Below, in pieces: positions 58,397-64,000 of a DNA stretch of 64,000 bases. How positions within the stretch are numbered: position 1 is the first letter of the stretch; every line of letters starts with the position of its first letter. The translations under genes and the position numbers were made by a program. The DNA comes from Plasmodiophora brassicae (lineage: Eukaryota), in NCBI GenBank assembly GCA_036867785.1, contig CP145424.1, forward strand, positions 806,001 through 870,000, written 5' to 3'. The notes beneath the pieces were generated by a model that ran no database searches, was not told the DNA's origin, and saw only the letters and a list, made by a program, of their open reading frames with translations.

Positions 58397-59722
58397 ATGG
58401 TGGCCGTGTACAGGCGTGCGGCGCGGCACGCGTCGACATGGGCGGCGCTGGGCATAGTCGATGACCTGTGCAGGGCGCTGGCCCGAGTCGGGTACAAGGC
58501 GCCGACGGAATCGCAGGAAGCGATTGTGCCCGCGCTGCTGGCGTCGCATAGGACGACGGTCGTGTCGGCGCGAACAGGGACGGGGAAGACCCTGGCGGTC
58601 GGCATACCGCTCATGCAACGCATTCTGGATGGGCCGACCAGGTTGCCGCCGTCGACGCTGGTCCTGGCGCCGAACCTGCTTCTCTGCGAACAGACGGCGG
58701 CCGCCCTGAACAAGGTGTACGCCGGCGTCGCCCAGGTGAAGGCCGATTCGCGTCGCCCGTCGTCATTGGCGCGGCCGTTTTCCGCCCACATCCAGGTTAC
58801 AATGCCGTCGATCGCCATGGCGTCCATGCTGGAATCGGGGGCCACCACATTCGATACCGTCGTGGTCGACGAGGCCGACTTCATGATCGCCAATGGTGGC
58901 GGCCAGGGCGACTGCCTTGACAAGGTCCTGACCGGGTGCAAGTACGACCGACTGGTGTTTCTCAGCGCCACTATGCCGGACACACCCGGAAAGTCGCCCG
59001 GCCAGGTCATCCGTCAGAGGTACGCCAAGCAGGCCCACTGGGTCACCATGCCCGACGTCGATCTCGTCATGACACATGTCATCAAGGGGTTCCTCGAAAC
59101 GAACCCGATCACGACGCTCTCTCTGGTCAGCGCCATGCAGGCCTGCCTGCTTCCCGAGGACAAGACGCTCGTCTTCTGCTCCAGCAGCACAATGGCGAAG
59201 TCGATCGTGACGGAGCTGGCCCGGTACAACATTACAGGGCACCTGTTCACGGCTGACGTCGACGTTGACGAACGCAGGGCGCTCCTAGCCAAGTTCAACA
59301 ACGGCGACATCTTCATGCTCGTCTGCACGGACATAGCGTCGCGCGGCATCGATTTCGTCGACGTCGACCATGTCATCCAGGCGCCGCTGGCCAACGACAT
59401 TCTCACGTTCGTCCACCGGCTCGGTCGGGCTGGGCGCCTGGGGCGTTCCGCTCGATGCACGAGCATCTACAGCAACAAGGAGGGACAGTCGCCAGCCCAT
59501 CTCGTCGAAGTCCTGACCAACGGCGGGCCGATATCCAGCGCGTTCAGTCGGAATCGGTCGCTGCGAAAGAAGCTACGAGCGACCCGACTGGAACGCGAGA
59601 AAGCGAAATTGAAGATGATGGGCACGTGGACAACGGCACACAACAGCATCGCGTCGTTGGAAGCCATGGAGACTGTACCATGGGAACCCGAACCAGAATA
59701 CGGGTCACAATCTGATAAATAG
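58397..59722 (+). CDS. DEAD-box RNA helicase
   Basis: PTESQ, ARTGTGKT, DEAD, SAT, LVF, TDIASRGID, HRLGRAGR. Confidence 0.95.
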   Translation: MVAVYRRAARHASTWAALGIVDDLCRALARVGYKAPTESQEAIVPALLASHRTTVVSARTGTGKTLAVGIPLMQRILDGPTRLPPSTLVLAPNLLLCEQTAAALNKVYAGVAQVKADSRRPSSLARPFSAHIQVTMPSIAMASMLESGATTFDTVVVDEADFMIANGGGQGDCLDKVLTGCKYDRLVFLSATMPDTPGKSPGQVIRQRYAKQAHWVTMPDVDLVMTHVIKGFLETNPITTLSLVSAMQACLLPEDKTLVFCSSSTMAKSIVTELARYNITGHLFTADVDVDERRALLAKFNNGDIFMLVCTDIASRGIDFVDVDHVIQAPLANDILTFVHRLGRAGRLGRSARCTSIYSNKEGQSPAHLVEVLTNGGPISSAFSRNRSLRKKLRATRLEREKAKLKMMGTWTTAHNSIASLEAMETVPWEPEPEYGSQSDK

Positions 59723-59914
59723 TCGCCCGTGTACTGGACGTGTTTCGGCCGTGCTATTTGTGTCATGGTGCACGGGCAAGACGGATGTGGGCCTGTGCGG
59801 GACGCAGGCAGTTCGTGTGGCCGGCTGTGGGGAGGCGCGTTGCGGAGTCCGTGGAGGTGCAGTTCCGTTCGGTGACAGTCGATCCACGTTCGGAGGCTGC
59901 CTTCAGCACAAACG

Positions 59915-62083
59915 ATGGCTAACGAACGATGGGATGATGCCGATCAGATCCGGCAGAAGCGGGTGGCCGTTGCCGAACAGGTCAAGACGTTGAAGGCTTC
60001 GGGTGGGTCCGCGGAAGCGATCGCCGCTGCCGTTCGGGACCTGCGCGATCTCGATGAGCGACTGGCGGCGCTGACCGTTTCGGACAAGACCAACGAGCAA
60101 GATAGCTTGAAAACTGAGCTCGATCAGCTTCTGAAACAGCGCTTCTTTGTCGTGCCCAGTTTCGAGATCTACGGCGGCGTCGCTGGCCTGTACGACTACG
60201 GCCCGCCTGGGACGGCCGTACGTTGCTCTTTTCGACCGTATCTCTGCTGTGTTGCGCGACAACTCATGGCGCACGTCTGTATAGATTAAGGAGAACATTC
60301 TGTCCATTTGGCGAAACCATTTCATCCTGGCCGAGCAGATGCTGGAGGTGTCGACGGCCGTGCTGACCCTGTCGGACGTGCTGAAGACCAGTGGCCATGT
60401 CGATCGTTTCACTGATTTCATGGTGCGCGACACGGTCACCGGCCAGCCGTACCGGGCCGACAAGCTCCTCGAGGAGCACATCGACAAGATGCTGGACGAC
60501 CCGGCCATGATGGAAGGTCGGCGCGCTGAGCTGCGTGCGATTCGTGCCCAGGCGGACGCGTACTCGCAGGCGGATCTGCACACGGTGCTGACCGAGCTGG
60601 AGGTGGTCGCCTCCGACACGGGCAACCCAATCTCGGAGCCCTTCTCGTTCAACCTCATGTTCGGCACGCCGATCGGCCCCAGCGGCAAGCTGCATGGGTA
60701 CCTGCGCCCAGAGACCGCCCAGGGCATCTTCACGAACTATCGGCGGCTGCTCGAGTTCCGGGGCGGCCGTATGCCATTCGCCGCCGCCCAGATCGGCCTG
60801 GCGTTCCGAAACGAGATCGCCCCTCGAAGCGGCCTGCTGCGCGTACGCGAATTCCAGATGGCCGAGATCGAGCACTTTGTGCACCCGCAGCGCAAGCAGC
60901 ACCCCAGGTTCGGCAACGTGGCCGGTCAGGTCATGAACCTGCTGCCGGCGTCCGCGCAGGACGGCAACGATGTTGTCCAGGCGACCAAGGTCGGCGACGC
61001 TGTCCGGAATGGCGTCATCGACAATGAGACGCTGGCGTACTTCATGGCGCGTACGCAGACCTTCCTGCACAAGATCGGTATCGACCCGGCACGCCTGCGC
61101 TTCCGTCAGCACAAGTCCACCGAGATGGCGCACTACGCCAGCGATTGCTGGGACGCCGAGATCCACACGTCATACGGCTGGATCGAATGCGTCGGACACG
61201 CCGATCGATCCTGCTACGACCTGACGCAGCACATGAACCATACGAACATTGACCTACGCGCCTATGAGACCTACGACGCGCCGCGCACCGTGACCACCCT
61301 GGTCGCCAATGTACACAAGAACAAGCTCGGCCCCAAATTCAAGAAGGACGCTCGCGCCGTCGCCGAAACGCTCGAGGAGATGGCCTCGGGCGATCCGGAA
61401 CGCGCGCAGGCTCTCGAGGCCGAGCTGGCAGCGAACGGTAAAGCCATGCTCCGTATCCAGTGCAAAGGTATGCGCGTCATTGCTGCTCTCTGCTGGTCCC
61501 GTTGACTGAGGCCGGCCGGCTGTGTTCTGCAGAGCTGGACGTTTGCATTGAACGGAACATGGTCGAGTTCACATTCGTGACGGAGACACGGTCAGGCGAG
61601 TCGTACGTGCCGAGCGTGATCGAACCATCGTTCGGCATCGGGCGCATCGTGTACTGCCTGCTGGAGCATTCCCTGTCGGTGCGAAACATGGACGAGGACC
61701 CGCGCCGGCACGTGCTGTCGCTTCCTGCCCGTGTGGCCCCCGTCAAGGTGTCCGTTCTGCCGCTGAGCAACCACCCCGATCAGCGTGCCATGTCGACCCG
61801 ACTAACGGAGGCCTTCCTGGACGCCGGCCTGTCGGTGAACGAGGACACGTCATCCGCCTCGATCGGCAAGCGCTACTCGCGCGCTGACGAGATCGGCATC
61901 CCGTTCGGCGTCACGATCGACTTTGAGACGCCCAACGACCAGTCCGTCACCATTCGCGAACGCGACACCATGCAGCAGATCCGCGTCAGCGTCAAGGAGT
62001 GCGTCCCGCTGATCACGTCGCTGTGCAGGCATGAGACCACGTGGGCGGACGCGTTCAAGCAGTACCCGCAGTTCCATCAATGA
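59915..62083 (+). CDS. GARS: Glycyl-tRNA synthetase (eukaryotic alpha2 type, N-terminal WHEP-like helix pair)
   Basis: FEIYGGVAGLYDYGPPG, SGHVDRF.D, YLRPETAQGIF, FRNEIAPR.GLLRVREF, WIECVG.ADR, VIEPSFGIGRI, SIGKRY.R.DEIG; 2 introns. Confidence 0.97.
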
Positions 62084-62559
62084 GGCGTCGTCAATGTACG
62101 AACCTACCTGCCTGCGCTCTATCCACGTGGACTTGGGGAAGGTCGTAGGCGGGCACGCACTTGCACAGGATCTTGTCTGTCGCTTCACCGAAACGAATGC
62201 GACATAGCCGCCAGGTTCATCAGATGCCGGGTCTTCGGCGGACGTCGCTCCTAAAAATACGACCGAACATATCCAAATCGGTCGAGCGAGGGTGCTGGTG
62301 GCGCGGCCCCGCCCCGGGTTCTATTTGTGGAGTGGCGGGCGCGGGTTTGGACCGGTCGGGCAGAATCGGTACGACCGGCCTGATCGATCGTCACATCGGC
62401 ACTTGTTCGGGGCAGGTGTGCGTCTGCATCCGGGCACCGGGACCCGAAGGCCGCCCTCGCGTTCGCTGCGCAACCCCATCGATCTCCACTGACTGACACG
62501 TCAGCCCTCGGTCGCTGACCACTGCCTGACCCAGCGGCCAACGCCACCCTCGGACCCAC

Positions 62560-63253
62560 ATGCAGAACGTCAAATGCGTCGTCGTCGGCGACGGTGCCGT
62601 CGGTAAGACGTGCCTGCTGATCTCGTACACGACGAATGCGTTCCCGGGCGAATACATCCCGACCGTATTCGACAACTACTCGGCGACGGTCATGGTCGAC
62701 GGGCGGCCCATCAATGTCGGTCTCTGGGATACGGCCGGCCAGGAGGACTACGATCGTCTGCGACCGCTGTCCTACCCGCAGACCGACGTCTTCATTCTGT
62801 GTTTCTCCATCATTTCACCGGCATCGTTCGAGAACATCAAATCCAAGTGGTACGGCGCCTTGCACTTCACATTTCGCCCTCCTCGTTCATCGGGTTCCCA
62901 GTCTTTGATTGCCCCGCCTTTGCTGATGATTGCCGGCGTGCTCAACTGATTCGATGTGGTGCGCGTTCAGGTACCCGGAGATCCAGCACCATGCACCCAA
63001 TGTACCAAAGATCCTGGTCGGTACCAAGTCCGACCTGCGAGGCGATGGCGCTGTGGCGAATTCGTTGGCACAGAAGGGCCTGTCGATGATCACGCGGGAG
63101 CAGGGCATTGCACAGGCACAGGCAATCGGTGCGGTCGAGTACCTCGAATGCAGTGCGCTGACCCAGGAGGGCCTGAAGACTGTGTTCGACCGGGCCATCC
63201 ACGCCGCCCTGAACAAGCCCAAGAAATCCAAAGGCAAATGCGATATCTTGTAG
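62560..63253 (+). CDS. RAC1: Rac-family small GTPase, copy B (intron 62850-62970; CAAX = CDIL)
   Basis: Same motifs as copy A; near-identical protein. Confidence 0.97.
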
Positions 63254-64000
63254 CTTATGGGCGGTACCCATGCACGCGTAATACTCTGTATGCCATATTT
63301 GAGATCCTCGTAAACATCATTCAACTGCATGCTGAAGATACCCGTGCATTGCCTCTCTTTGCATACGCCAGTCATGTGAATGGTAGACTGCCTGGGTCAG
63401 TGGATAGTGTAGCGACTGTTTGGTGCGGCATACCATCGCCTACGTGGCGTGTCCCCCGTTCGCCCACGCGGATGCAAACAGCAATGCAACAACGGGCACT
63501 CGTCCACCGTCTCTGCACTGTGTTTTGTCGGCCTGTAAAGAATATGACCTCCAGCCTGGTCACTGAATCGTCGGACGCCCTCTGAGTCCCCGCCGAATGA
63601 TTCACGCAGGCGCTGCATACCTCTGTTGCCATGGCGAGCCGTTACTTCGGCCGGCTTAAGCCCCACGAGGTCCCATCAGCAACTAACTGCCACTTCACCG
63701 CGTTAGGTGTCCACGAGACCAATGGGAATCCTTTATGGCAACGCCCTTGGGACGCTTTGATCCCCCCTTCCTAAGGCCTACTCATAATTGACGGAAGTCA
63801 CCCCTCCTCGTAACTGTGGCTAATCCGGGGACGACCTCCGTCAAGGTCGGTATTATCCTACTGCAGTTTCATTCGCCGGTTCCGAATCCCAGTCGCCAGC
63901 TGTTGATGCAGGATGGATAACGAGTATCGTTAAAGTTATCAACGCAAATTTGGCCTGTCGCGTCAAGTGCAAACGGACCGGCACACTCGAATGCAATAAT

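Noticed and set aside
63300-64000. Lower-GC terminal region as a possible mobile element or ncRNA
   Set aside because: No ORF, TIR or RNA-gene signature I can support

Overview
GC-rich, gene-dense eukaryotic DNA with short (about 50-120 nt) GT-AG introns. A plasmodiophorid-like protist is inferred but not proven. The window holds about 30 protein-coding genes. Housekeeping genes include a C2H2 transcription factor, P4-ATPase flippase, IF1, SFT2, a SUV39-like SET methyltransferase, VPS35L, alcohol dehydrogenase, NDUFB9, a cold-shock protein, proteasome alpha-4, a class-3 lipase, fused PabA/B, DNAJC11, a DEAD-box helicase, GlyRS and two Rac GTPases. Accessory patches include a decayed hAT transposase, a retroelement protease remnant, an ABCC fragment and several long fold-back repeats. 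The most notable items are: (1) a plant-style PPR-E-DYW protein whose catalytic Glu is replaced by Val (HSVK); (2) an intronless zinc-finger plus trypsin-fold gene with a Cys nucleophile, lying between direct repeats of the flippase 3' end and followed by an inverted copy of its own 3' end; (3) a zeta-toxin-like kinase with a signal peptide; (4) a perfect-TIR TGT...ACA element with a 4-bp target-site duplication inside an intron of a secreted B-lectin; (5) an inverted Rac pair sharing a 222-nt identical tract. All calls come from motif recognition by eye, and exon boundaries are approximate unless stated.
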